A stretch of DNA of 64,000 nt from an uncultured Gemmatimonadales bacterium (GTDB lineage Bacteria; Gemmatimonadota; Gemmatimonadetes; Gemmatimonadales; GWC2-71-9). The position numbers were made by a program, and so were the translations under genes. Shown here piece by piece: positions 39,359-49,598 of this stretch. Location of the stretch: assembly GCA_963795085.1 (NCBI GenBank), contig CAWCFX010000001.1:64001-128000 (forward strand), in the 5' to 3' direction. The notes under the pieces are model-generated. The model was not told the origin of the DNA and ran no database searches. It was given only the letters and a program-made list of their open reading frames with translations. Position 1 is the first letter of the stretch. Every line of letters starts with the position of its first letter.

Positions 39359-42300
39359 CAGCCGCCCAACCTGGCGATGAACGCTTCCAGCGAATCACCA
39401 CCTTTGACTTCGATCCGCGGAAACGCAAGCGGAGAATCGGTGAACGAGCTCAATCCGTCGCGGCAGGTGAGGCCAAAGAGATAGCCACACGCCCCGGCCA
39501 GGTGCTGAATGGACTGGTCTTCCGAGCCGTTGGGATACGCGATGGAGCTTACCGGACCCTCCAGCCGCTGGTACAGCGTCGCCTTCGAGCGGCTGAGTTC
39601 TCGCACCACCTCCACGGGCGACAGTGCCTCGAGGTGCGGGTGGGTGGCGGTATGGGAACCGAAAGCGACGCCCCCGCTCTTAAGGCGGGTGATGTCCTCC
39701 CAGTCCATCAGCTGGGCGCTCCCTCCGTAGGTCGCGGTCCACGTGCTCTGCTGACCCACCCGGTCGGTGACGAGATAGACATACGCCCCAAACCCGAATC
39801 CTTCAAGTACCGGCCAGGCCCGGGCCGCAAAATCCCCGTAGCCATCGTCAAAGGTGATGATGACCGCCCGTCCCGGCACCGGCTGGTATTCCCGCATCGC
39901 CTGCAGCCATCGCTCAAGCGTAATGGTATGAAATCCCGCCTGGTGCAGATAGGTCATCTGCTCGGCGAACGCCTCCGGGGTCACCCGGTATCGGGCCAGC
40001 GAATCCGGCCCGTCCCCGGCAATCTGGTGGTACAGCAGGATAGGGAGGCGGTACGTCAGGGCTTCCGGTTTGCCGCCGTGTTTCACCGTGCCTCCGCCGA
40101 TGAGAAAGCGGGACGCCAGGTGGGGTGGCAGGTCGGCGGCGGAGACGTCCTCCACCGCCGGGTTCTCGGCAGTGGAGTCGCCGGTGGTAGATGCCTTCTG
40201 CAGCAGGTGCACCCGGTAAAAGGGCGAGCGCAGCTCGGTGACGAGGCGCAGGCCAGGGGTGGCAGCGAACACTTCGCCGATCACCTTCGCCCCGAAAGGG
40301 ACATCCCAGTGAAGCCCGGTGGACCCGGGGTCGTCCACCACCGCCGTGGAGTGGGTGGTGAGAAGGAAGCCACCCGGCACCAGGGCCTCGGCGACGCGGC
40401 GGCCCAACTCTCTCAAGGCGTCTATGTCGCGGAGGTAGTAAAGAGCCTCACTGCAGACTACCAGGTCATAACCACCGGGAAATGGGTCGGCGGCAAAGTC
40501 ATGCTGCAGGAACTCGATGTTCTCCATGTGCTGGCATCGGGTCCGGGCCCGGTCGAGGGCAATTGCCGAGATGTCGGTGGCGACCAGCTGGTCCACCAGC
40601 GGTGCGAGGAGTCGAGTAAACATGCCTTCGGCACAGGCCAGCTCCAGCGCGCGACCGGGCCTCGTGCCAGGCACCAGGGAAAGCGCCTGCTCGTATTTCC
40701 GGCGCTCGAAGGCCGAGGTGTACTTCCATGGGTCGGAATCCGCCAGGAAGACCGTCTCAAAATAGTGCCGGTCGTATCCCGGGTCCGCCAGCCTCCGAAC
40801 GGCAGGTGGAGCTACCCCAGCTGAGAGGTGATGTTCGTCCCGTGACCAGAGAAGGTCCGGAGCGTACACAACACATCCCGTCGGCGAAATCTCGCTCCTG
40901 AAGAACGGCTCACCGGCCGCGATCGCGGCCGCTTCGAGTTCGGTGACGGATTCCCGAGGTAACCGGGCATGGCGGGACACACTGGTGCCGGGAAGCCCCG
41001 GCCGGTGACCGGCCAGGACCATCGAAGGTCGCTGGGTGAGCGCCCGGGTGAGCGCCCGGTCCGCCCGGGGAGCCATGCGTGTTCCGGAGGGAACCACCAG
41101 TGACCCGGCCGGTTCCGGCGTTGCGGCCTCGCCGGGTTCCGGTCGCGCCAGGCGGGCGAGTCGCTCCCGGAGCGACTCGCCGTTATCCAGGGGCTGGCCC
41201 ACCAGCGCTTCCCGAACGGCCACGCGGGCCAGCTCGAAGCCAAGGAACTGGGTCGCCGCCGAGCGAAGGCGCTGTGCCGTCACCAGGCCGTCCACCGGCT
41301 CCATGGTCATCAGGCCCATCGATATCCCGGCGAGCGTCCATTCAACCCGGATCGGATTCTCGGTGGAGACGGCGGGGACCGGCGCCGCTATCTCAAGGAC
41401 GATGTCGCCGGTGGCCGGGACCGGCGTGTCATGGTCTTCGTCCCCGGCCTGGTAGAACCGATCCATCGGCCAGCCGGGGAACCCCCACAGCTCCTGCAGG
41501 AAGATCGTCCAGCCCACGGCGTCATGCAGTGCCGATGGGAGAGAATCCGGCTGGTCACCGGCGAGGTCCCCCAGGTCCAGGTCACCCCGGGCGACCCTGG
41601 TGATCCCGCCCTCCCTGGTCAGCGAGAGTGCCGGGTAGACCTGCACCGAGAACCAGGCGCGCAGAATGTCCCAGGCATGGAACCCGGCTATCGCATCTCG
41701 GAGCAGGTACGACGGGACCTCACCGGCAAAGACCGGCAGGTTAATTTCGCCGACCGCTTCACCCTGCAGCGTGAGCGCGCAGGCAATCCGCTCGACCTCG
41801 GCCGAAAGGCGAACATCGGGGACCGGTTCGGTGATTTCCGCGACCGCGGCGTGGCGACGGCCAATCGTAAGCGGGCGCCGGGCGGCATTCCCAATGACCA
41901 GCTGTTCCAGAGTGTTCATGGCGCGGCGGGCCAGCCCGGGGGCGCCGCACCGCGCTTCCAGTGCACCCAGAAATGATTCGATGGGCGGAGCGAAGCGGGG
42001 CCACTGCTCCGGCCAGCTCTCCGGCGTGAGCATGAGCGGAACCAGCGCCGCGGTATGAAAGGTGGCCGCAACATCCGAGGGCTTCAACTCGGGATCCCGG
42101 TCTCCCTCAACCAGATGCCGGAGGAGAGCGGTCGCGTCCCCGCCTGATCCGATCATCAGCGCGGCCTGCCAGGAGAGGAACCGGAGCCGGGCCCCGGCCT
42201 TGTCCTTTCCGGGAGATCCACCGGCGAACCGGGAGTCTGGGTCCTGGACGCGGGTATCGGGACCATGGCCCCGGTCAATGATCTCGAGGCCTTCGACGAG

Positions 42301-43020
42301 GATTTCCTCGATGTTGGCAATCGAAGACCCGGGACTCATTCGGTATGCTGCGACCCTTGCCTCGATCGAAGCGACCGGGATACCCAGGCGCGCCAGCCGC
42401 TGCCAGAAGTCCCAGTCGGCGCATAAATGGTGTTCCGGGTCGAACCCGCCGAGCCGAGTGACCACATCGCGGCGCACGGCGCAGCTGTGGATGGCGAAGG
42501 GACAGAACCGGGCCACGACGGAAAAAAGGTCGGGAGATTCGAGCCGGAAACTGTCCTCCACGACGGTGCCGTCCTCGGCCACCCTGGCCCACCGGCCGCA
42601 GAGGACCCCGGCGTCCGGATGGGCCATGGCAGCCTGGCGGAAATGCTTCAGCGCACCCGGTTCAAGCCAGTCATCGGCATCCAGGAAGACAATCCATTCG
42701 CCCATCGCATGGGCCAGGCCGGTGTTTCGCGCCAGGGTCATTCCCTGTTTGCCGGGGGGCGGCATCTGGGCCAGCCGCTGGCCCTGCCCTCGCCGCAGCA
42801 GGCGAGACAGTCCGTCCAGCCAGCGAGGCCGCGGAGTCACCACCTTGATCCGCGCATCCCTGTTCGCGAACTGGCGCGCGACCTTCAGCGTCTCATCGGT
42901 GGAGCCATCGTTGACGACGATCGCCTCCCAGCCGGGAAACGCCTGTCCCAGCAGGGAGTCCAAAGCCGCACCCAGGGTGCCGGCGGCGTTGTACGCGGGG
43001 ATAATGATCGAGAAACTCAC
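39358..43020 (-). CDS. Trifunctional GT2 glycosyltransferase / NodS-like methyltransferase / polysaccharide deacetylase
   Basis: IIPAYN, VNDGSTD, FLDADD; DPWKY, LELACAEG, SEALYYL; LLYHQI, ITFDDGY, SHTATH, AYPNG; GTG start overlaps the upstream stop. Confidence 0.9.
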   Translation of the reverse strand: MSFSIIIPAYNAAGTLGAALDSLLGQAFPGWEAIVVNDGSTDETLKVARQFANRDARIKVVTPRPRWLDGLSRLLRRGQGQRLAQMPPPGKQGMTLARNTGLAHAMGEWIVFLDADDWLEPGALKHFRQAAMAHPDAGVLCGRWARVAEDGTVVEDSFRLESPDLFSVVARFCPFAIHSCAVRRDVVTRLGGFDPEHHLCADWDFWQRLARLGIPVASIEARVAAYRMSPGSSIANIEEILVEGLEIIDRGHGPDTRVQDPDSRFAGGSPGKDKAGARLRFLSWQAALMIGSGGDATALLRHLVEGDRDPELKPSDVAATFHTAALVPLMLTPESWPEQWPRFAPPIESFLGALEARCGAPGLARRAMNTLEQLVIGNAARRPLTIGRRHAAVAEITEPVPDVRLSAEVERIACALTLQGEAVGEINLPVFAGEVPSYLLRDAIAGFHAWDILRAWFSVQVYPALSLTREGGITRVARGDLDLGDLAGDQPDSLPSALHDAVGWTIFLQELWGFPGWPMDRFYQAGDEDHDTPVPATGDIVLEIAAPVPAVSTENPIRVEWTLAGISMGLMTMEPVDGLVTAQRLRSAATQFLGFELARVAVREALVGQPLDNGESLRERLARLARPEPGEAATPEPAGSLVVPSGTRMAPRADRALTRALTQRPSMVLAGHRPGLPGTSVSRHARLPRESVTELEAAAIAAGEPFFRSEISPTGCVVYAPDLLWSRDEHHLSAGVAPPAVRRLADPGYDRHYFETVFLADSDPWKYTSAFERRKYEQALSLVPGTRPGRALELACAEGMFTRLLAPLVDQLVATDISAIALDRARTRCQHMENIEFLQHDFAADPFPGGYDLVVCSEALYYLRDIDALRELGRRVAEALVPGGFLLTTHSTAVVDDPGSTGLHWDVPFGAKVIGEVFAATPGLRLVTELRSPFYRVHLLQKASTTGDSTAENPAVEDVSAADLPPHLASRFLIGGGTVKHGGKPEALTYRLPILLYHQIAGDGPDSLARYRVTPEAFAEQMTYLHQAGFHTITLERWLQAMREYQPVPGRAVIITFDDGYGDFAARAWPVLEGFGFGAYVYLVTDRVGQQSTWTATYGGSAQLMDWEDITRLKSGGVAFGSHTATHPHLEALSPVEVVRELSRSKATLYQRLEGPVSSIAYPNGSEDQSIQHLAGACGYLFGLTCRDGLSSFTDSPLAFPRIEVKGGDSLEAFIARLGG

Positions 43021-44087
43021 GACACGACACGCTGGTAAAGCTGGTGAAACTGAGGTGCGATCCGGGACCAATCCAGCTGCTCGGCCCGCTGGCGTGCCAG
43101 CCGGGCCCGGCGATCCCGGTCGCCGGCGTCCTCCTGGAGCCGGCGAATCGCCCCAGCCAGGAGGTCGGGGTCGTTCCGCTCCAATAAAATGGCTTCGTCA
43201 CCCGGCAGATAGGTCCGCACCGAAGGCAGGTCCGTCGAAACGACGGGGAGGCCGCACCCGATGCCTTCCAGCAGCGCGTTGTTCGCGGTGGAGCCCGTTA
43301 CGGGGAGGAGGAGGGTATGGGCCGACTGGTAAAGTGTCACCAGCGCGTCATCGCTGACCCCGCGATGATGCTCCACGTTGGCCATGTGCTCGAGACCTGT
43401 GGTCCGCGCGGAGACAACGACAAACCGGATTGACCTGTCGGAACTCACCTGTTCCGCCACCCGGCCGATGGCCGCATAGTCGCGCAGGTAGTGTCCCACC
43501 GTGATACAGCGGAACACTTCGTCTCCAGCCGGCTTCCGGGGCGGGCGAAAGAAGTCCGTATCGATCCCGTGAAGGATGACGGCAATCCTCTCGGGCGGGA
43601 GCAACTCGTCGAAGAACGGTCGCTGCGCCGGGGAGACCAGGGTGACCGCGTCCAGCCGGGAGACGACTTCGCGGCGTACCAGGGAGGGCAGCAGGTCGGC
43701 GGGCTGGTGAAAGGAGGCGACGACCCGCGCGCGGCCCAGCGAGATGGCCCGGGTAATCCGGGGGAAGTACTGGGCCGAGTGCTCGCCGTCCAGGTAGTGA
43801 AGCAGGTCCAGCCGGCCCCTGGCCGCCAGGACGGTTACCCTTGCCTCCGCCGCGAGGTCGCTCAACTGATACCAGGCCATGCCCCGTCGCTGTACCAGCC
43901 GCCGAAGCGGGGTACGTATCCACGGCTTCCCAATGGGAAAATCGGTGTCCCCGTCGTTGACCAGGGCCTCGTCGATCCGGTAGCGGTCGGCGGGGAGGTA
44001 GCGGAGAAACTGGTGCATTCCCGTGTAACGGCCCCAATGGGGATAGCAGGTCCGGAGGATCTTCAACTGCAGGGGCCTATCGGGCAC
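43017..44087 (-). CDS. Glycosyltransferase family 4
   Basis: ILHGIDTDFF, NNALLEGIGCGLPVV; start approximate. Confidence 0.88.
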   Translation of the reverse strand: MPDRPLQLKILRTCYPHWGRYTGMHQFLRYLPADRYRIDEALVNDGDTDFPIGKPWIRTPLRRLVQRRGMAWYQLSDLAAEARVTVLAARGRLDLLHYLDGEHSAQYFPRITRAISLGRARVVASFHQPADLLPSLVRREVVSRLDAVTLVSPAQRPFFDELLPPERIAVILHGIDTDFFRPPRKPAGDEVFRCITVGHYLRDYAAIGRVAEQVSSDRSIRFVVVSARTTGLEHMANVEHHRGVSDDALVTLYQSAHTLLLPVTGSTANNALLEGIGCGLPVVSTDLPSVRTYLPGDEAILLERNDPDLLAGAIRRLQEDAGDRDRRARLARQRAEQLDWSRIAPQFHQLYQRVVS

Positions 44088-45018
44088 GCAGCAACCCAAT
44101 CGTGTGCCCCAGGGCGATCCAGGCCCAGCACTTCCGGGCAAACCGCTCCGGGTCGGAGGTGGGCAGGAGGAGTTCCCTGACCTGGCGCGAGGTGATTAGG
44201 GCCGCACCCCGCCGCAGCGCGGAGCGCCGCCGGGCAGACCGGTCCATTCGCTCGTGCAGGATTTCCATGACCGCGTCGGACTCCCCCTGCCAGTAGAACC
44301 GGCTGATGAACCACCGCTTTTCCAGCCGGGATGTCGGGACCTGGTGGCGAACCGACGCCGCGGGGTGGTACAGGACCTGGTAGCCGGCTTCCATGATGAG
44401 CCGCTGGAGATAGACATCACCGCTGGAAAGCATGCGCTTCCCGGAGCGGTCCAGGGCAGGATGGAAGCCGCCGACCTCCTCAAGAACCCGTCGCGGGAAG
44501 GCGATGTTCACCCCGGCCAGCCACTCCTGGCGGAGATCGTCAATGACATGGGGTGTCGGGGACCAGTCCACGATGGTGAGGCTCAGGGCCACCTGGTCCG
44601 ACAGCCAGGGGGGACGCGGGGCGTGGAAGACGGGCTCCACCCGGCCGCCGACGCACCCCAACCGGGGAGTCCCGCCCCCGAAGGCGTCCATAATTTCGGA
44701 GGCCCAGGACGGGTCCGCGATCGCGTCGTCGTCCAGGTAGGCGACGATCTCGCCGGCGCTCGCCCGCCACCCCGTATTGCGTGCCTGGCACAGGCCCAGC
44801 TCCGGTTCGTGTACGTAGCGGATCGAGCGGTAGGCCTGCCATTCCTCGACCACCGCCGGAGTATTGTCCGTGGAGCGGTTGTCCACCACCAGAACCTCAA
44901 ACGACTCCCGGGACAGCGACTGCCGCACCAGGCTCTCGAGGGCCCGGCCCAGGTCGTCCGCACGGTTGTGGGTACAGATGACGACCGACAGGCGCGTTGC
45001 GGCGAGCCGGGTGCTCAC
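44077..45018 (-). CDS. Glycosyltransferase family 2
   Basis: VVICTHNR, VVDNRSTD, ARNTG, YLDDD; GTG start overlaps the upstream stop. Confidence 0.9.
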   Translation of the reverse strand: MSTRLAATRLSVVICTHNRADDLGRALESLVRQSLSRESFEVLVVDNRSTDNTPAVVEEWQAYRSIRYVHEPELGLCQARNTGWRASAGEIVAYLDDDAIADPSWASEIMDAFGGGTPRLGCVGGRVEPVFHAPRPPWLSDQVALSLTIVDWSPTPHVIDDLRQEWLAGVNIAFPRRVLEEVGGFHPALDRSGKRMLSSGDVYLQRLIMEAGYQVLYHPAASVRHQVPTSRLEKRWFISRFYWQGESDAVMEILHERMDRSARRRSALRRGAALITSRQVRELLLPTSDPERFARKCWAWIALGHTIGLLRAR

Positions 45019-47222
45019 GGAGTGGCCCCGGTCCGAGGCCAGCCAGTCAGGCGGCGGGTCTGGCGGTAAATCGCATGCTTGGTGAGCCAGAGAACCTTCC
45101 AGGTCGCCCGGGCAGGATGGCGGACGATTTCCCGCAACACCGCCATCCGCTGCGTTGATGGCAGGCGGAAAATGGTGGAGGGGCTCCCGGAGTGTTCCTT
45201 CGGGACCATGTTGATGCGGTGCCGCAGCCGGTCCCGCTCCGAGTCGAGCAGCAGCAACAGCGTCGATGCCGACCCGGCGAACTCGCGGGGCGTCCGATGC
45301 CACACCCGGGGCCACCCCTGCCAGTGCTCCGGGGTTCGCGGAGATCGGTCCCGCGGCTGCTCGACGAGTTGGCCGGGAAACGTGACGGCCTGCCACCCGG
45401 CGGCGATCACGGCGTTGACCAGTGCCCAGAGCCCATAGCCATGGGGCATGTCCGCGTCGATGCCGCCGACCTCGTCCAGCGCCCGGGCCCGAACCGCGAT
45501 CGCGGTGCCCGCCTGGTTGGACAGGAGTTGATAGGGAAAGTCGGGGCAGGGCCCGACCGTGGCGGGGTCGGGCGTGGAACCCCAGCAGCAAACCACGCCG
45601 ACCTCGGGGCAGCGCTCCAGCGTCTCCTGGTAGGTCTGGACCATCGTGGGGGCCGGAAGCGCCGCCTCATCGAGAAAGACGTAGCCGAGCGGACTTTCGC
45701 CGCGTGCGACGGCAATGCCGGCGCTCCGGGCATTATCCCCGACCGCCGCGTCGGTCCACTGGACCGGCATGCCGAGATCCGACTCGGCGGCCATTTCCTC
45801 CAGGCCCACCAGGATAACCCGGGCCGGTGCCCGAGACTGTTTCTTGAGCGCACTCCGCCAGTCCCCGCGAAACCCGTCCGGGCTGCGGACGAGGATGACC
45901 GCCATGCCCCCGTGGGAGCTGGCCCGGTCTCCGTCCGGGGGCCGCGGCACACCCCGGATACTGGTCGATCGGCGGGGAGGCAGCTTCGCAATCCGTCGCC
46001 GCACGTCGAGGTGTCGTTCCACAACGCGGTGGTCGGCGCAGGTTGCGGCGATCGACTCGGCAGCCCGGCGGCCCATGGTCTCGAGAGTAGCTGGGGGTGT
46101 GGCCAGGGCCCGCTCCAGCGCGAGGCTCAACAGTTCCGGGTCGGCCCGGTCGGCCAGCCACCCAGTCTCCCCGTCCACGACCATCTCCGCCATTCCCCCC
46201 TGTCGAGTGGCCACCACCGGCAGGCCGGATCCCATCGCCTCTACGCAGGTGTTGGGAAAATTCTCCCACCGGGAGGGGACCACCGCGATACGGGCCTGCG
46301 CCATGAAGTGTGGCAGTTCACTTCGGGGCTTTTCCCCGTAATAGGTAAACCGGGGGCGGAGTTTCGCCGGGATCAGGTCCCAGGCCGTCGCGACCACCGA
46401 CCGGCGGTCTGAGTAGGGAAGGTCGGCCCCGATGAACTCGAATCGAACGTCCGGGTGCCGGCGGGCGACCCGCACGGCCGCCGCCATCCATTCCAGCACG
46501 CCCTTCCGGGGCTCCATCCGGCCGACATACAGAATCGGACCCCGTTGCCAGACGTCGGGGCCCCGGGCCAGCGGCACGCTTCCCCCGAGCGGCAGCGGAA
46601 TGACCTCGACCGCGTCCCGGGCCAGCCCGTAGTGGCTCTCCGCAGCACGGGCAAGAAAGCGGCTGGGACACAGCCATCCGTCGGCGGCCGAGATCGAGTA
46701 GTCCTCCAGCCGCTTCGCGGTCAGGTAGTCGGGGCGGTCGGGATTCCAGTCGTTGTGGCGGACGATAAACTCGGTGGGCGAATGCAGGTGGATCACGCAG
46801 GGCGGGCGGCGCGCTGGCCCCTGCCCGAGGGCCCGGCGAAGCTGGAAATAGTAGAGAGGCGCCTCCCACTCCTGCGCCTCGATGAGGTCAATTCCCTCTT
46901 CCTGAACCAGGCGCTCCGCCAACAGGCTCGCGCGCCAGCCAAAGGCCTGAGGCGGGAAATTGGTGGCGAAGAGCGTTCGGGCCTGGCGGTCCCCGGGGTG
47001 GAGGTCCCGCGCGTCGGGCTCGAGCTGGACCCGGTGCACGATCAACCGGCCCTCGCAGGACTCCTCCCGGGCGGCCGGTGCCCCGGACCACCGCTGGCCG
47101 ATTACGTGCACCGTCTCGCCATGCTCGGCGAGGAGCCGCGCGATGTTCCGGGCGTAAGTACCGATGCCGCCGGCGGGATAGGGGACCGGCGGAAACTCCC
47201 GGCAGATCAGGAGATGCTTCAT
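45015..47222 (-). CDS. GT4 glycosyltransferase fused to a degenerate GT2-like domain
   Basis: GGIGTY, YVGRMEPRKG, ENFPNTCVE (EX7E); C-terminal domain has VFLDEAA in place of DxD. Confidence 0.85.
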   Translation of the reverse strand: MKHLLICREFPPVPYPAGGIGTYARNIARLLAEHGETVHVIGQRWSGAPAAREESCEGRLIVHRVQLEPDARDLHPGDRQARTLFATNFPPQAFGWRASLLAERLVQEEGIDLIEAQEWEAPLYYFQLRRALGQGPARRPPCVIHLHSPTEFIVRHNDWNPDRPDYLTAKRLEDYSISAADGWLCPSRFLARAAESHYGLARDAVEVIPLPLGGSVPLARGPDVWQRGPILYVGRMEPRKGVLEWMAAAVRVARRHPDVRFEFIGADLPYSDRRSVVATAWDLIPAKLRPRFTYYGEKPRSELPHFMAQARIAVVPSRWENFPNTCVEAMGSGLPVVATRQGGMAEMVVDGETGWLADRADPELLSLALERALATPPATLETMGRRAAESIAATCADHRVVERHLDVRRRIAKLPPRRSTSIRGVPRPPDGDRASSHGGMAVILVRSPDGFRGDWRSALKKQSRAPARVILVGLEEMAAESDLGMPVQWTDAAVGDNARSAGIAVARGESPLGYVFLDEAALPAPTMVQTYQETLERCPEVGVVCCWGSTPDPATVGPCPDFPYQLLSNQAGTAIAVRARALDEVGGIDADMPHGYGLWALVNAVIAAGWQAVTFPGQLVEQPRDRSPRTPEHWQGWPRVWHRTPREFAGSASTLLLLLDSERDRLRHRINMVPKEHSGSPSTIFRLPSTQRMAVLREIVRHPARATWKVLWLTKHAIYRQTRRLTGWPRTGATP

Positions 47223-47243
47223 CTCAAGGTTCCCGGCGACACG

Positions 47244-49598
47244 TCACTTGGGCCTCCGTCCCAGTCTGCGCGCCGCGGTCGAGACCATCCCCCGCAGGCC
47301 GCGCATGACATTCTTCGCCTCCTCCGCTATCGGCGAGGCGGGCGGGGCATAGACCCGCTGCATCAGGCGGTGCTCCAGCTGGAGGGCGACCTCGACCGGG
47401 AACCGCGCCGCCGTGGCCCGGTGGCGGGCCAGCATGACTTCCCGCATGGCCTGGTTCTGGACGTCGGACATGGTGCGGTACAGGGAGTCGGCCCGCATCC
47501 GGTAGCGCTCGAGATACCGCGGGATCGTGACAATCGGATGCTCCTCGGCCAGCAGCCGGACGGCGAGCTCCCAGTCTTCGTAATTGTATCGCTGGGTTTC
47601 GTCATACCCACCCAGCGAACGCAGCAGGCTGGTCCGGACCAGGCAGGGGACGATGACCGTGTTCTCTACCAGCAGCAGCGGCAGTTCGGGCTGTGGAGCG
47701 TTCCAGAAGCCGGGGGGCAAGCCTTCCCCGAAACAGAGCGCCCAGCTGGCGACACCGCCCAGCCCGGGCCAGCGCGCGGCAAGGTCCAGGGCCAGGCGAT
47801 AGAACCCGGGTTCGATCAGGTCGTCGCCGTCCAGGAACGAGATATAGGCACCGGTCGCCGCCGCCAGGCCGGCGTTCCGGGCGGCGGCCAGCCCCCGGTT
47901 GGCCTGGCGGACCACCCGGAGCGGTGCGACCAGGCGCCGGCTGGTTTCCTCGAGCGCGGCCAGCTGCGTCAGCGTCACGGGGTCGCTCGACCCGTCGTCG
48001 ATCACGATGACCTCGTCGGGGACCCGGTCGCTCTGCCAGACCGAGATGACGGTCTCGGTGATCAGGAGGCCCATGTTGTGGCACACCACGACGACCGTCA
48101 GGGTCGGCGACGGAGGCTCCGATACCAGGGAAGGCGCCGCCGCCGTTTCCCGGAGCGGTCGTGTCCGGTCGAGGAACATCCGGGCTACCTGGTCGAGCGG
48201 CTGACGTGAGACCTGGCCCGAGAGCAGGCGGTCGAGCGATTCGGTCATTTCGTCCAGCGTCCGGGCCCGGGCGGCGGTCGTTTCGGGTGAGACGATGCCG
48301 CTGCACACATGCCGCCGCAAGGCGTCGAGGTCCCCCGCTGGGCGGGCGGCCAGTGCCAGCATCGCCTGGCCCAATCCGGCCGGGGTCAGCGGCTCTCCCA
48401 GCAGGATCTCTCCGGGCGGGGCCCAGCCCGGTGCCATACCCTCGAGGGCGGATGCCGAGAGCAGGGGGAGACTCCCCCGCGCAGCGGCCAGCCAGGGCGA
48501 GGGCAGGTGCTCGAAGTGGCTGGGATAGAGCCGAATCGGGAGTACCCCGGGCCCCTCATCGGGGGCGGTCCACGACCAGTATCGGTCCGCGATCAAGTCG
48601 GCGACGAAGCCCCGGCTCGACCAGTACTCCCGGAACTCCCTCGGCTTGGCCGGCCCGAACCGGACCGGGGGGCCATGACAGCGGATCGGCGCTGGCAGGG
48701 ATGCTCCCTGGCGCCGGAGATGAGCGGCCGCATCGAGCGCGGTGAGCACGCCGGACGCGGCGTCCTGGGGTTCCTCCAGGAAAAAATTCACCGTTTCAGG
48801 CTCTGGCCGGGCCCGTCCGGACTGCTCGATCCGGCCCAGGACATCGTCGGGGATCCAGCGCGGCGCCGACACCGTCGGGGGAGCGGAAGGAAGGCGTCCA
48901 TCCAGCGCGAGCCGGGTTCCCTGCGGTCCGAACACAAAGGCTTCGTCCGCGAGCCCGAGCGACACGTCTTCCATCTGACGGCGGGTGATAGCAGGCCGGG
49001 TCCAGAGGCCTTCCTCATTCCGGCCGTGGCGCTGGCGGGACGAGCCGGTTACGACGACCCCGAAGGCTACGTCGGCCAGGCGGCTGTCCCCGCATTCCCT
49101 GATCATCTGAGCCTGGTAGCCGCACCCTCCCCAGGAGGGCACGAGAACCGCCTGGAAGGGATCCTCGTCGCGAAGCTGCTCCAGGTACTGCCAAAGCACG
49201 TAGGAGAGCAGGAAGAGTGGGTCGCTCTCCGCGAGGAGGCCGTACATCATGGGACTGGGCCCGCGGGACAGCAGCGGTTGTCCATGGTCGGGGTCCGTCA
49301 CGGGAATCGGGCGCCAGGTGATTCCGTCGGCCGGGTCCGCGGCGGGCGCGGGCCCGGGAGGCGCCAGGGCACGCGTGGCCGGAAAGGGAATCCAGTCGAA
49401 GAACGATCCGGGCCGCGCTTCATATCGCAGCCAGTCGTCCCAGGTGAGAACGGTAATCCTTGCGTCCAGAGACCGGGCGATCGCCTCAACGGGCAGGCCC
49501 AGCGCCCGGGCCGAGGCGCGCTCCGCCGGGTCACCCGAGAGCAACTCCAGGATTCCATCATACGCCTCGACCACCACGAGATGTCGCGATCCGGTCAT
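47244..49598 (-). CDS. Degenerate GT4-like domain fused to an intact GT2 glycosyltransferase
   Basis: C-terminal IDDGSSD, ARNAG, FLDGDD, YEDWE; N-terminal half resembles the neighbouring GT4 but lacks a complete EX7E. Confidence 0.82.
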   Translation of the reverse strand: MTGSRHLVVVEAYDGILELLSGDPAERASARALGLPVEAIARSLDARITVLTWDDWLRYEARPGSFFDWIPFPATRALAPPGPAPAADPADGITWRPIPVTDPDHGQPLLSRGPSPMMYGLLAESDPLFLLSYVLWQYLEQLRDEDPFQAVLVPSWGGCGYQAQMIRECGDSRLADVAFGVVVTGSSRQRHGRNEEGLWTRPAITRRQMEDVSLGLADEAFVFGPQGTRLALDGRLPSAPPTVSAPRWIPDDVLGRIEQSGRARPEPETVNFFLEEPQDAASGVLTALDAAAHLRRQGASLPAPIRCHGPPVRFGPAKPREFREYWSSRGFVADLIADRYWSWTAPDEGPGVLPIRLYPSHFEHLPSPWLAAARGSLPLLSASALEGMAPGWAPPGEILLGEPLTPAGLGQAMLALAARPAGDLDALRRHVCSGIVSPETTAARARTLDEMTESLDRLLSGQVSRQPLDQVARMFLDRTRPLRETAAAPSLVSEPPSPTLTVVVVCHNMGLLITETVISVWQSDRVPDEVIVIDDGSSDPVTLTQLAALEETSRRLVAPLRVVRQANRGLAAARNAGLAAATGAYISFLDGDDLIEPGFYRLALDLAARWPGLGGVASWALCFGEGLPPGFWNAPQPELPLLLVENTVIVPCLVRTSLLRSLGGYDETQRYNYEDWELAVRLLAEEHPIVTIPRYLERYRMRADSLYRTMSDVQNQAMREVMLARHRATAARFPVEVALQLEHRLMQRVYAPPASPIAEEAKNVMRGLRGMVSTAARRLGRRPK

